Shown in pieces: positions 27,165 to 38,638 of a DNA stretch of 49,141 nucleotides. Origin of the DNA: Toensbergia leucococca (taxonomy: Eukaryota). How positions within the stretch are numbered: position 1 is the first letter of the stretch; each line of letters opens with the position of its first letter. The notes under the pieces were generated by a model that saw only the letters and a list, made by a program, of their open reading frames with translations, made no database searches and was not told the origin of the DNA. The position numbers were made by a program, and so were the translations under genes. The stretch is from contig JALDZS010000175.1 of assembly GCA_022813965.1 (NCBI GenBank), positions 1 through 49,141 of the forward strand, in the 5' to 3' direction.

Positions 27165-29705
27165 TCACGAAGATGGGCCGAACCCCTGAGACAAGTGTCG
27201 AAGGACGGTGAGCCTGTCTTGAGCCGCTCGGAAGGTTGAGCCAGACTCTGGAGACATCCATCCTGGTCTAGGCCCATAGCCGGACTGATTGGACGGGGGC
27301 TGTACTTGCGACTGCCAATGCTGCTGTGAGTGAGAATGTTGCTGTGTAGGGAGTTGTTGGTATTGACCAGGGAAGAACGCAGGGTTAATGAAAGCTCCGG
27401 GAGGAATGTTGGCGCTTTGGGTTGACCGGGGCGATTGATGTATTGTATAATGCGGCTGTTGGCTGTGGTGCTGTTGATCCTGATGATCTGGCTGTGCTGG
27501 CGGTTGCCGAAATAATATTTGAGGGCGATGATCTTGGGGGAGCTGATACTGGTTTTGCGGAAGATTCCATCTTTGCGACTGATCATGCTGAGTTGGCCAG
27601 CTCGGGTGCGGAAAAGATTGTCTAGGTGCAGAGGAGGAATTGGATATCAGTGGTAGCTGTGGAGGACCCATTGCAGATTGTGGAATCGTGCGGCGAGGGG
27701 ATCCTAAGCCATTAATTTGGGTTAAGGAGCCAGACTGCTCGCTGGGTTCGGGAAGCCGGGGTTGGGAGCCATTCCTCCAATCTTTCGGGTTCCTGCCACC
27801 ATCGCCGCCCCCTCCTCGATCCCTCCGGTCTCCTCTGCCTCTAACGCGCTCCCCTCTTCCTCTCCCGCGGTCTGAACGGCCTCGGTTGCGATTTCCACGA
27901 CCAACTCTTTCAGCAAGGTCGCGATTACTTCGGACTTCCAACGGAGCTTCACTCTGGCCCATCATCTCGTGAAGATTGGAAGGTCGTGCTAGGGGCGTAT
28001 ATAAATCCTCGTCGTTGTCATCATAGTTGATACCCGCTCCATTTTCATAGCTCATGGGCGCATCATGATATCCGCTTCGCTCTCCGCGAATATCCTGTCG
28101 TGTATCGCGCGAGATACCATTGTTTGTGTTACCTCTCACACCACGTTTTGGCTGTCTGTGTGATTTCACCTTACGCTTATGCTCCGCCTCTGCCTCGTCG
28201 TCAGAGAAGTCGAGCTCATCGTCTCCAACCTCTTCATCATGCAGATTCGAAGCATCAGAGCCTTTGAAGGCTTTGAGAGGCTGCGTGAAGACATATGTCG
28301 AATGTCTTTCAACGTAAAAGATTTGTGTTCCCTTCAATATACCCGCTTCAAAGATAGTAGACGCATTTGTAAAGCGCACACAATACAATGGTTGCTGCAC
28401 TCTTCCTAAAGTCTCCGCGACTACTCCGATCACAGTTCTGTCCCCGAGGCAAAGTACTGATCCAGTCTCGAGTACTTGGTATTCTCCAGATGTCTTCGCT
28501 TTTATCAGGACAATGTTCTCTACTAAATTCTCAACGTCCCCTAGCTCTTCGATCTTCATGTCGGCTGTGATTGTAACATTAGGCTTCGGTACTATCTCTT
28601 CGGGCTTCTCATTCAACGTCCGAAGCTGGCCAGATCCAGCCACGTTACCTCCATTTTTGAGCCCTTCATCATCTGAGCCACCATCCTCCTGCATAAGTCT
28701 ATGAGCTTGTTCCTCAGGGTCAAGCAATTTGTAACCGTCATCATCGTTTTCGTCAGACGAGGACGAATCGGATGAGGTCCCCGACGACGATGATTCAATG
28801 GGAGATGAGTCAAGCTCAAATTCGGCGTCTGTATTAATATCTTTGGCTTCAGCTGCATATGCAAGCAATGGATCGGGCTGTACTGGTGCTCCTTTTGTTG
28901 CTACATTATTGCCTTGATGAAATTGAAGCGGACTTGATATCGGCAGATCATCTACTTTGGGTAACGCAGATGAAATGTAAGATGCTCTTTCCCCACCGGG
29001 CCTGGGCCCTTCCAGGACATCTAAGGCTGGGGAAGAGTTGATCTGAAGACCATTGGAAATTCCCATATTAGGGCTCGTTGATGATAAATGTCCTGCCAGA
29101 CAGTGTCCAGCGGGTTGGCAGGACGTTTGATAAGTGCATTCTGGCATATGCAGATCAGAGGTACCATTACGTAGAGAAGTCGACGACTTCGTGTCGACCT
29201 CATGATTAATTGCATCCACAACCGATGCCGGGCCAAGTGTCAGTGAGGTGCCTAAAGAGAAATTTCCGGACGCGGGCCGGGGATCTTGTAAGGACGTAAA
29301 GCTCTGTGATGATGGCAGCTTGTCACAAGTTATCTCTGCAACACTGGCCAGTGCCCCTAAAAGTTGTTCTGGCTGAGAGATAGGGTCTTTATTTTGTTCT
29401 AAGGCTGCACTGAATGGAGTGTCGGTGACGGCCGTCTTTGGTATCCCTATCGTTGTGTCGCCCAAAGGCTCCTCGAATGCAGAGTGACCATCGTGATTGA
29501 ACTGGCCTAAGCCTGGCAACCTTGATAGAGGGTAACTCGAAGCGTGTGATTCGAAAATTGTGACTTTTTCGGTAGGACTACAGGGAATGGCGGGGGGGGT
29601 GCTGTACAGATCATCTGGATCGTCAATTGGAGTTGTAGGGGTAGCTTCTAGACGAGGTTTCTTGACCTGCGGCGCGTCCAAGTGGTCTTGCTGGTGCAGT
29701 TCCAT
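27165..29705 (-). CDS. NAF1: H/ACA RNP assembly factor Naf1
   Basis: Gar1/Naf1 domain (IGVVAETLGRVQQPLYCVRF...KGSDASNLHDEEVGDDELDFSDDEAEAEHKR), RG-rich stretch and Q/P-rich tail. First ATG (MELHQQ) at 29705; the ORF track starts at an upstream non-ATG codon. Confidence 0.9.
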   Translation of the reverse strand: MELHQQDHLDAPQVKKPRLEATPTTPIDDPDDLYSTPPAIPCSPTEKVTIFESHASSYPLSRLPGLGQFNHDGHSAFEEPLGDTTIGIPKTAVTDTPFSAALEQNKDPISQPEQLLGALASVAEITCDKLPSSQSFTSLQDPRPASGNFSLGTSLTLGPASVVDAINHEVDTKSSTSLRNGTSDLHMPECTYQTSCQPAGHCLAGHLSSTSPNMGISNGLQINSSPALDVLEGPRPGGERASYISSALPKVDDLPISSPLQFHQGNNVATKGAPVQPDPLLAYAAEAKDINTDAEFELDSSPIESSSSGTSSDSSSSDENDDDGYKLLDPEEQAHRLMQEDGGSDDEGLKNGGNVAGSGQLRTLNEKPEEIVPKPNVTITADMKIEELGDVENLVENIVLIKAKTSGEYQVLETGSVLCLGDRTVIGVVAETLGRVQQPLYCVRFTNASTIFEAGILKGTQIFYVERHSTYVFTQPLKAFKGSDASNLHDEEVGDDELDFSDDEAEAEHKRKVKSHRQPKRGVRGNTNNGISRDTRQDIRGERSGYHDAPMSYENGAGINYDDNDEDLYTPLARPSNLHEMMGQSEAPLEVRSNRDLAERVGRGNRNRGRSDRGRGRGERVRGRGDRRDRGGGGDGGRNPKDWRNGSQPRLPEPSEQSGSLTQINGLGSPRRTIPQSAMGPPQLPLISNSSSAPRQSFPHPSWPTQHDQSQRWNLPQNQYQLPQDHRPQILFRQPPAQPDHQDQQHHSQQPHYTIHQSPRSTQSANIPPGAFINPAFFPGQYQQLPTQQHSHSQQHWQSQVQPPSNQSGYGPRPGWMSPESGSTFRAAQDRLTVLRHLSQGFGPSS

Positions 29706-29945
29706 TGCTAGATTTACAGCAGTCGTACGGATACAGAATTGTAAAATGTACCTATGGGCGGCCAATAAATTAATTTTGACTAGCGACACTAGCTCCAAGC
29801 TGCTCGCTTACGGATATTCTAGGCCCACTCGGGCCCTCGAGAGTTCGCCCATAAGGAGTCTCGAGTACACGTCGAATTCCCCTGTTTTCCCCTCTGTGAC
29901 CTCTGCGACACAACGACATCAATACTTTCAACTTTATCCAGGAGC

Positions 29946-31856
29946 ATGTCTACGTCCAGTGTTGCTTCGACTACATCCAAACCTATCCAAGCCAGCTCCA
30001 AGAAATCAACAAATATAGATCAGCGAAAAAGATCTGCTCCTCCTGTCGACCCAATCCCCACCATAGTCGCTTTTTACATCTTCCTCGCTGCTAATGTGCT
30101 GGCTGCAGCCTACGCGCCAATACAAGACTGTGATGAGGTTTTCAACTACTGGGAACCAACCCACTACCTCAATCATGGCTACGGATTACAGACCTGGGAG
30201 TACTCGCCCGATTATGCTATTCGGTCATGGCTGTACATTGTCATTCATGCCATCATCGCCAAAGCAGGCTCCATATTTTCATCCAATAAGGCCATTGAGT
30301 TCTATTTTGTCCGCGTAGTCCTCGCCTTCGTCTGTTCCGTGTGCGAATCGCGTCTCTTCTCTACCATTTCACGCATCCTCAACCCAAGAATTGGAATTAT
30401 GTTTATGATTGCAATGCTTTTTAGCCCTGGAATGTTCCATGCCTCCGCTGCTTACCTGCCTTCAAGCTTTTCAATGTACACCACAATGCTGGGCATGTCG
30501 GCCTTCATGGATTGGCGAGGCGGTTTGAAGACTGCCCAGGGCATCATGTGGTTCGGTGTTGGGGGCACTGTTGGATGGCCTTTTGCGACTGCTCTCGTTG
30601 CTCCTTTCATTTTCGAAGAGCTTGTTCTAGCCTCACTAACTCGGGACGGTATGGAGGTAGCCAGTAGATTCCTTGACGGGATCGTTAGATCCTGTGTTGT
30701 AATGGTGAAAGCAAACCTCTCTAGCTCCAAATGAGACTGTCTCAGCTGACAAAAATAGGCTTTACAAGTCGCTGTTGACCTTTTCTTTTACCACAAGGTG
30801 CTCAGCGTGCCATGGCGAATTGTTTCATACAATGTGTTCAGCGGTTCTGGACGTGGGCCCGAGATTTTCGGCACTGAACCCTGGGACTTCTATATTCGTA
30901 ATCTACTTCTGAACTTCAATGTTTGGTTCTTACTTGCCCTAGCTGCTGGACCACTGATCTCACTGCAGAATCTGCTGGGGGGCCACTCTGCCACTAAGCA
31001 ATCTCTGCTGAGGCTCATAGTGTTCGTAAGTCCGTTCTACATGTGGCTCGCCATCTTCTCCTTGCAAAGTCATAAAGAAGAGAGATTCATGTATCCAGCC
31101 TATCCCTTTCTTGGTCTCAATGCAGCTATTGCATTGCATATCATGCTTTCCTATATTGGCTCGTCAGATCGAAAAAAGCTGGTAGGGAGGATCCATTCCA
31201 AGATCAAGCTCGCCTTTGTCAGTCTTTGTGTCATCCTGGCCGTCGACGTCGGTGTCCTGAGAATACTTGGTATTGTGAGTGCATACCGTGCCCCACTGGA
31301 AATTTACATTCCCCTAAGGGCTTCGGAGCTTGGTAGGTCAGAAGAGACAGTCTGCTTTGGTAAGGAATGGTATCGATTTCCATCTTCTCACTTCCTGCCG
31401 AAAAATATGCGGGCCAAATTCGTCCACAGTGATTTCGATGGCTTGCTGCCAGGTTCATTCAATGAGGCCAAAATCGGATTCGGTTTCTTTCCTGGAACAT
31501 GGCTGGTGCCGCCGGGGATGAACGATCAAAACATTGGAGATCCTGGCAAATATGTACGAATCTTTACTGACTTTCGCAAATCTCTGAACACTGCTAATTA
31601 CACCCAGATTCATATCGACCACTGCTCTTTTTTGGTTGATTCTCATTTTCCCAGTTCCAACGCATCCGTACTCGAGCCGAATTATATCCTGGATACAGAA
31701 TCATGGGAAGAGCTTTATTGCGGTGCTTTTCTTGATACATCACGAACGAGTCCTCTAGGCCGCATCCTGTGGGTGCCAGAGTGGTCTTTCATCCCAGTAC
31801 GCTATCGGAGGAAATGGGGCCGTCATTGCTTGATGCGGCGAAGGAGCCAAAAGTAG
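29946..31856 (+). CDS. ALG9: Alpha-1,2-mannosyltransferase Alg9 (GT22)
   Basis: Motifs IQDCDEVFNYWEPTHYL, QTWEYSPDYAIRSW, HKEERFMYPAYP, CFGKEWYRFPSS. Intron 1 donor at 30699 or 30705, acceptor 30758; intron 2 31554-31607. Confidence 0.95.
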
Positions 31857-32258
31857 TGCAATGAAGATTTCTCCACTTGGGAACAATGGCTCGCCATACG
31901 TATCAGGCCAAGATATCCCTAGTTTTGGTTGATGTGTGCTAGGTCTGAACTTTACAATCAGCGCTTTGATGCGCAAACAGGGACGCTTGACTCGATCCAG
32001 TTCAAATATCCATCCCCAAACTGGGTGTCCGCTAATCGAAAGTATGGTTGAGATAAGTGAACCGGGTACCCCACATCACCCATGCGACCTGCTCAATGTA
32101 AGGACAATATTATGAGCAGTGCCGTCATCGCCGCCGTATATATAAGGTCTCCGCTCTTCAAAGTATATTTATTGAACAGATATATACAGGACAATTTATA
32201 TACAGTTTCCAGTAGCTTTCTAAATCTATGATAATCGGAGGCTTTGGTGAGAGCAGTT

Positions 32259-33598
32259 ATGGATTCTCTTCGCCCTATTGTTCGGAACATTGCAAAATGC
32301 TATCTCAAGGCTGCTCAATATCACAACGCGATTTTTTATGGGATTCTGCTCATTTCGATATTTGTCTGGCTTTTGACAAAGGCAACAGAAAGGCTCAAAA
32401 AACCAGTGTTGCAGAGGGTAATTACCCCTGACCTTGAAAAACCCACCTGGAGAAAAGGAGAAGAAGGTAAAGTCAAGGCTCCTGAAAGAGCATTTGGTTC
32501 ATGGGCACCGGTAAACTTTAAGCGTCCCAATGCGTCGCCATATCCAGATTGGGATGTGCACAAGACATGCCCTCTACCGTATAGACCTTTCAGGCACGGA
32601 CCGTATCACATCACAATGGGACTGAGGACGATGAAATGGGACGATTGGATAGAGCTTGACAATCATTACCTAAAGTACCATGCAGATAAGGCGCGCCGTA
32701 TAGAAGAGCGGGGGCCGAAGTGCTGCAAAACTGCGCCGGAAGCTTTTGATGGGGCGGTTGAGCTTCTAGAGGAGTTGTAAGCTTCATCTAACTCAATTTA
32801 CTATACACTGGCTAAGGCTGAATCCGCACCAGCTGCGACTACCTCCCTCAACGATATCCGTCGCTATACTGCAAAACGCCGGCAGGAATGAATAATATCC
32901 TAACAGGCGAGTCATTTGATATTATCAAACGCCCCTTGGTGGAAGACCCGATGGCCATGGCCGCACGAATGGTGCAAGACGATCTTGCGATCATGTTTGA
33001 AAAGCCCGATGGACAGTACTATCTCCTCGCCGGCGCGATTCTTCTCGCCGGCTTTTGGCGCCTAGAGGATAAATTCGGCATGCCGCTCTCTGAAATCCAC
33101 ACCTCAGGTGACGTACCAGGCTTTAAGCAAAAGCTAGAGAAAGGCATGATGAATTTCTTCCGCCGAGTCCAACCCAATGGGCCGGTCTTACGCAACAACT
33201 ACTTCATTCAAGTTGACGATGAGCTTGCATGGAGCCACAGTATTGGCGATGAAGACAGCGACGGCGCAGGATGGTTCACAGCTGAGAAGAACAAGACAAT
33301 TAGTAATCATTACTTTCGCAGCGAGAGGCAAAGTCTTCGACGGCTGCCCAGATCTGGGGGTGTGGTTTTCACCATCAGGACGTATTTTCATCCAATTACA
33401 GAAATTGCGGAACAGCCATACGTGCCAGGTAGGTTGGCCAGTGCCGTGAGGAGCTGGGGCGATGATGTGAGCAAGTATAAAGGGAAAGAAAGATACCAGG
33501 ATGTGTTGTTGGAATTTCTGGATCGAAAACATGAAGCGCAGGTCATGAATGGATTGGACTTGGAAAAGGAGGATGAGGTCAGGGCATATCCGTATTAG
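32259..33598 (+). CDS. DUF3445 / heme-dependent oxidative N-demethylase alpha-subunit-like protein
   Basis: Exons 32259-32776 and 32833-33598. Motifs PLPYRPF, ITMGL, WIELD, YLPQRYP, VQDDLAIM, IHTSGDVP, RNNYFIQ, RSERQSLRRLPRSGGVVFTIRTY. N-terminal hydrophobic segment. Confidence 0.85.
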
Positions 33599-33607
33599 AT
33601 GTCTATT

Positions 33608-35024
33608 TCAAGTATGTTTGAAGAACGCGTGGTTTAATACCTGGACTTTCATCAGACAATTTTCATTGAAGCCAATATCTCGACTTACGGTTGCTGCTGT
33701 AGTTCTGGAATTACTATTGTATCGTACGAGTCCATTAACCAGATCCCTTGCGTCACATGGGGCATGTGGTAATATCTGTGCCCACGGTCGTGAAGGATAG
33801 GCGTAGAATTTCATTTTACCCCAGTCGGGAAAACTTGATGCTTCCTAGATTTGAATTAGGTGTACTGTTCGAGAAGTTCCGCTTGGAGACGTACTGGCCA
33901 TGTCTCGGACGTTGGTGTTCCTAGAGTTTTAAAAATGGATTGAATCAAAGCTAGGTCACTTCCCAGCGGTCCCGAGTCAAACAGCGTGCCTTCATGGCTC
34001 ATGACCGCCTCGGCAACGACGCAGCCCGCAGCCCAAAGATCCAAGGAAGAGCCGTAGTGTGTAGACCCAAAAAGCAGCTCGGGAGGTCGGTAGGACGTTG
34101 TTCCAACATCAATTATTTTCCTGTCAGCTGGTTCTGATGCTGCATCCCCGGGCATCCAAGCAATTCCAAAGTCAACCAGATACGCTGGACCAGCAGGAGA
34201 CGCAAGTAAAATATTTGAAGGCTTGATGTCTCGATGGACAATGCCGAGGGAATGCAGATATGAAAGAGCAGAGAAAATGCTATATAGATGAGATTTGATA
34301 TGACTGGGGGAGGTGGAATGACGGCGAAGGTAACAATTCAGGTCCATTGGTAAAAAAGGAAAGACAAGAACGAAGCGACCACCTGCCTGACGGAAGGTGG
34401 AAAGAAGGGGGATGATGTCTTTGTGAGCAGCTCTCTCTAGGATGCGGGCTTCACGAATCGAATTATGTGGAGCTGTCATCTGAGATGGTGTTGTCACCTT
34501 GAGAGCGACGACATTACCGCTAGGATCTCGGGCTCTGTATACGGTAGAAAAGAGGCCATGCTCGTGAAATACTGCAGTGCGATAGGGTCCAATCTGTTTC
34601 GATTGCAGGGGCGTGTCCTCAGACCTGTCGGCCAGACTCGGTTTGTTGAGAGGTTCATCAGTACGACTTTGATCCATTTGACTAATCTTGACTCTGCAAT
34701 TTTCATCATACTCCTCCTTTGGAGAGAAGTTTAGTTCAATTGTTATAATGCAAATAGACAGACGCCAATCAACATACCATAGAGCAGGATCTGTTGAACG
34801 CATCCGTTTCGATGAGCGTAGCTTCAGCTTGAGCCTTTGAAAAGTCCGAGCCTGGAAAGGCAGATTTGAATGATGTTGCACTAGGGGAAGATTCCAAATG
34901 AGCAGATCAGAAGAAGGGGTCTCTGGTATCGAACCCGCAAAAGGGACACTTGCATCTTTATAACAGTATCCATTCTGCCAACAAAGCTCAATTCAGTTCG
35001 CCATGTCTCCAAAACCTCCATCAT
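33608..35024 (-). CDS. Monomeric CDK-activating-kinase-like protein (Cak1/Csk1-like) with a helical N-terminal extension
   Basis: Proposed exons 35024-34954, 34880-34778, 34716-33895, 33844-33689, 33640-33608. Degenerate Gly loop (HGLFSTVY), VALK, PHNSIRE in place of PSTAIRE, HRDIKPSN, DFG, VGTTSYRPPELLFG, DLWAAG, PDWGK. Intron 1 is inferred GC-AG. Confidence 0.8.
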
Positions 35025-35295
35025 AGTCCTTGTCTACCCTTGTCTAAGCAGTAGTAACAAGCTAGAAGCCAATAAGAATTGAAGACGATTCAATTGAATT
35101 CTGTGGATGTCGCAGTACAGCACTGCCTCGGATGTCGTTGCCACTCGAGTAGAACTAGGTACTCTAGCGCCTTACAACCATTGTCCCGCTCGCTCCACAT
35201 CTAATTTGACTCTCAGCCATGAAGAGCGGCCTCAGTCGAGGGAGTAGATTCAAGTCTCGTTTTGTTGAGCTGTATGTACCAGTGAGCTAGCCAGT

Positions 35296-38226
35296 ATGGA
35301 CCTCTCACGCCAAGAGTATCCTGCCTTGTTAGTATGTTGCGCATATTCCTTCTTAACCTGCGCATCAGCTGAATCTCCTTGCAGACCTCTCTGCAGCCTC
35401 ACCAGGCAGTCGCAGTCTTGAACGAAAGGGTTAAGCTAATTGGGAAAATCAACAATGACATTGCTGATTGGCTGCTTGTATGTAGCCGCAAGCCCTCCGC
35501 CCGACAGTCACTCATGTTTTGAATAGGAACGGCGAAAGGTCGAAGAAGCTTATGTTTTAGGCCTTTTAAAACTTGCAGGGAGGCGACCGCAGGAAGTCTC
35601 ATCTGACCTTGGGTGTGCATAATGACATCTATCTGTTCCTTGCAATTCGTACTCATTTATGCTAGCATCTTTCGAACGCCATGGCAAAGCATCGTCAGCT
35701 CAACCGAGTCCCTTGCGCAATCACATACGACTCTAGCCCAGAATATAGAGGCCGATGTGGAACGACCATTGCGGGAATACAATGCAAAAAATCGAGAAAT
35801 GCAGGCAATGAGTACTATTCAGGGCAATCTAACTTCGATGGCAAAAGACGTTGAGAATACGCAGAAAAAGGTCGAGAGGCTGAAAGAGAGAAGTGGTAAG
35901 TCTGCAGCGGGGAAGGTGGCTGATGCCAATTCCGAAGTTGAGAATGCGAATCAGCAGTGGGATTCTCAGGCGCCTTACGTCTTCGAGCAGCTACAGGCAC
36001 TTGACGAGAGTAGAGTGAACCATTTGCGCGATGTCCTGACCCAGTTCCAGACCCATGAAGTTGACCAGGTAGAGCGAAACCGTGTTGCCGCTGAAAGTTG
36101 CTTGAACGTTCTACTCAATGTGGATACTGCCGATGAAATTTCAACGTTTGTTGCAAGGACTACTGGAGGCAGACGAAGTGTCACACCTCGGAACCAGAAC
36201 AGGAGTACAACAGGCAATAACGTGTTAGCCCAAGTGCGATCTCGAGCCGCCCAGGATGGCGCAAGTGAGATGTCAAGTACGTCCGCAGGGGCCGCGAGAC
36301 CGGACTCTGGTACATATTTCTATCATATTTCAAGTGAAGGATGAAGAGATCTGACATGGCGTACAGCTCAAGAACAGCGTCACGGTGGTTTGGGAGGTCT
36401 GAAACGCCTTGGTACCGTCATTGGTCGACGGCGCGGAAGCAACAAGCCCACTGAGCGTCCAGTATCTCCTGACAAGCGGTCACGATCGACTCGGAACCCA
36501 CTGCGTAGAGGGCCTAGTTCTAAGAACATGCAGGCCATACCCTCTCCAGAAGCATCCATGACGAATCTTCCTTCATTGCCCCCACCACAACTATCAAGCA
36601 TTCCCTCATCAAACGTCCCTAAACCTACCAATGGCTCGAGGTCGCCGCTGGAACAGCGTCACATTGATGATCAATTGAATGGAGACACGATTGAGCCGGC
36701 CCCTCTTAGATCCTCGACTTCGCCGACGACAAACGGATATCAAGCACATCGTGACCTAGCACAATTGCTGGAAAAGCAATCGGAAACCCTCTCAGAGGAG
36801 CCACAGGAGGTTAGTGAACCCGATGTTTTGAAATTGTACACTATTAAAGATAACAGATTCAGCGGGATGCCGAAGGATTCAACGTACCATCATCAGCTAT
36901 TGACGACATTTCTCGCGCTCAGCAAGAAGCGACAGCAAGGTAAGGACCAAGCTCTGATTTCTGGTTTCGATCTTCTGCTAATACCTCTAGTGATGCCAAC
37001 TCACCCCAGCTCAAGCTGGACATACGGAATGAACCTATTCGAGAAGAAGATGGCGACGCCCAGACAGCGCTCTCCAATGTCGCAAATACATTACGAGCGG
37101 CAAGTTTTTCAAGCCGTTAAAAGTATCACAACTTTATGCTCATGTGTAATAGCAAGCTCAGCAAACTGCCACGCCTCGAAAAGGTGGCAACATGAGAGGA
37201 CGTAGAGACGTTAGGAACACTATCTTCGTTCCCACACCCCAGACGCCAGAAAGTCCAGCTCTTACAGATCCTTCCGCGATGGTCGCATCACCTTCATACG
37301 TCGCAGCACCAATCGCAGATAATCCTGGATCTGATGCACAATCCATCCAATCGTCGCATTCATTAAGTAGCCTAACAAGTAACGCAGTAAGACATCCAGA
37401 GATGCACCAACCTGGTCTTAATGCGTCAGTCGTAGAGACCGTCAGCACTTGGTTTTCTCAGGGCCAAGTCACAAAAGCATTCGTCATCGGCGAACTTGCG
37501 TTGACACACAATGCTACCGAACTTGCTTCATCATCTGGGACGGAAAGCATTCGCCTTGAAAATTTCCCTGTGCTGGAAAAGGTGGCTCCAAATCCAACAT
37601 TCATAACACAGGCTCCGTCGAGGTCTGGGGAATATGTTGTCAGCCTGTCGAACCTCGCTCGTCCGGCCGTTGCTTTCAAGTATCAGGTCCATCTCGAGGA
37701 ATCAAATCTAGCGGCCCACGCACCTATAGCACTTACACCGATTTGGAAAATAGAAGCCAAGCAAATATCCGTGATGCTCAATTACTCCTTCAATCCTGCT
37801 TTCGCCTCTGCACTCAAACGAAGTGTCTCGCTTAGGAATGTTGGAATTCTTATCCACATTGATGATGCGAAAACAATTTCGTGCCAATCGAAACCGATTG
37901 GCACCTTCTCCAAGGAGAAATCCTTGATATACTGGAGACTTGGAGACATAACTCTCGACGGCTATGCAGAGGCCCCTCAAAAGCTACTTGCCCGCTTCTC
38001 TACCGAGTCCGAAGCGAAGCAAGGGAGTGTAGAAGCTCGTTGGGAAATCAGTGGAGAGCCTGCGACTGGGTTGGGAAGTGGTTTGAGTCTTAGTCAGATG
38101 GGAAATGCTAAAGAGGAGGGTACCGACCCCTTTGCAGACGAGAGCGCGATGGCGAGCCCAAACTGGGTTTGGAAAGATGTACCGGTGGCCAGAAAATTAA
38201 TAAGCGGAAAGTATTTGGCCTCTTGA
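35296..38226 (+). CDS. SYP1: Syp1/muniscin endocytic adaptor (F-BAR plus mu-homology domain)
   Basis: Starts MDLSRQEYPALL; exons 35296-35331, 35385-35477, 35527-35612, then 35666 onward with further introns. F-BAR motifs IADWLLERRKVEEAY and ALDESRVNHLRDVLTQFQTHE. Mu-homology motifs GLNASVVETVSTWF, GELAL, RLENFPVLEKVAPN, LISGKY. Confidence 0.9.
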
Positions 38227-38519
38227 GCGCTATTAAGTCAGACCGAGCCATGCTTGGTCGTTTGTACAATGTCGTTGTTCACCTTGGATGGGTTGGTGTA
38301 TAAGTTAAGTAGAATCGAACCGACAAAGCTTTGGGGTGGAGTTGAATTTGACTGAGGCATTGAGGTGGTGATGACAGGAAGCCTCTAGCTCTACTCTATT
38401 CTAGATAGAAGCTGCTACTACATTCATAAATGTGAACGAGAGTGACGAGATAAACTTGGCACTGCATGAATTGCTCAGTAGTGCTGTTTTAAAGTACAGT
38501 GCTCTGGTGGTTCCTCATA

Positions 38520-38559
38520 CGAGGTCAATAATTAAAGTATCCAGAATGGCCAACGTAGG
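38520..38559 (+). repeat. Left terminal inverted repeat
   Basis: 40/40 match to the reverse complement of 40045-40084. Confidence 0.97.
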
Positions 38560-38638
38560 AACTGCGTCTTGGCAAGATCTTGGCATGATCCTCGATATCA
38601 GGCCATTTATCGTGATTTTCATCTATCTAAGGTATGGA

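Noticed and set aside
34717..34881. ORF-track N-terminus MQHHSNLPFQ... for the kinase
   Set aside because: Starts at a GTG overlapping a splice acceptor and reads through intron 2; the spliced model uses another frame.
34923..34933. B-box-like GGTTCGATACC on the minus strand in kinase intron 1
   Set aside because: No A-box or cloverleaf nearby; a single short match is plausible by chance.
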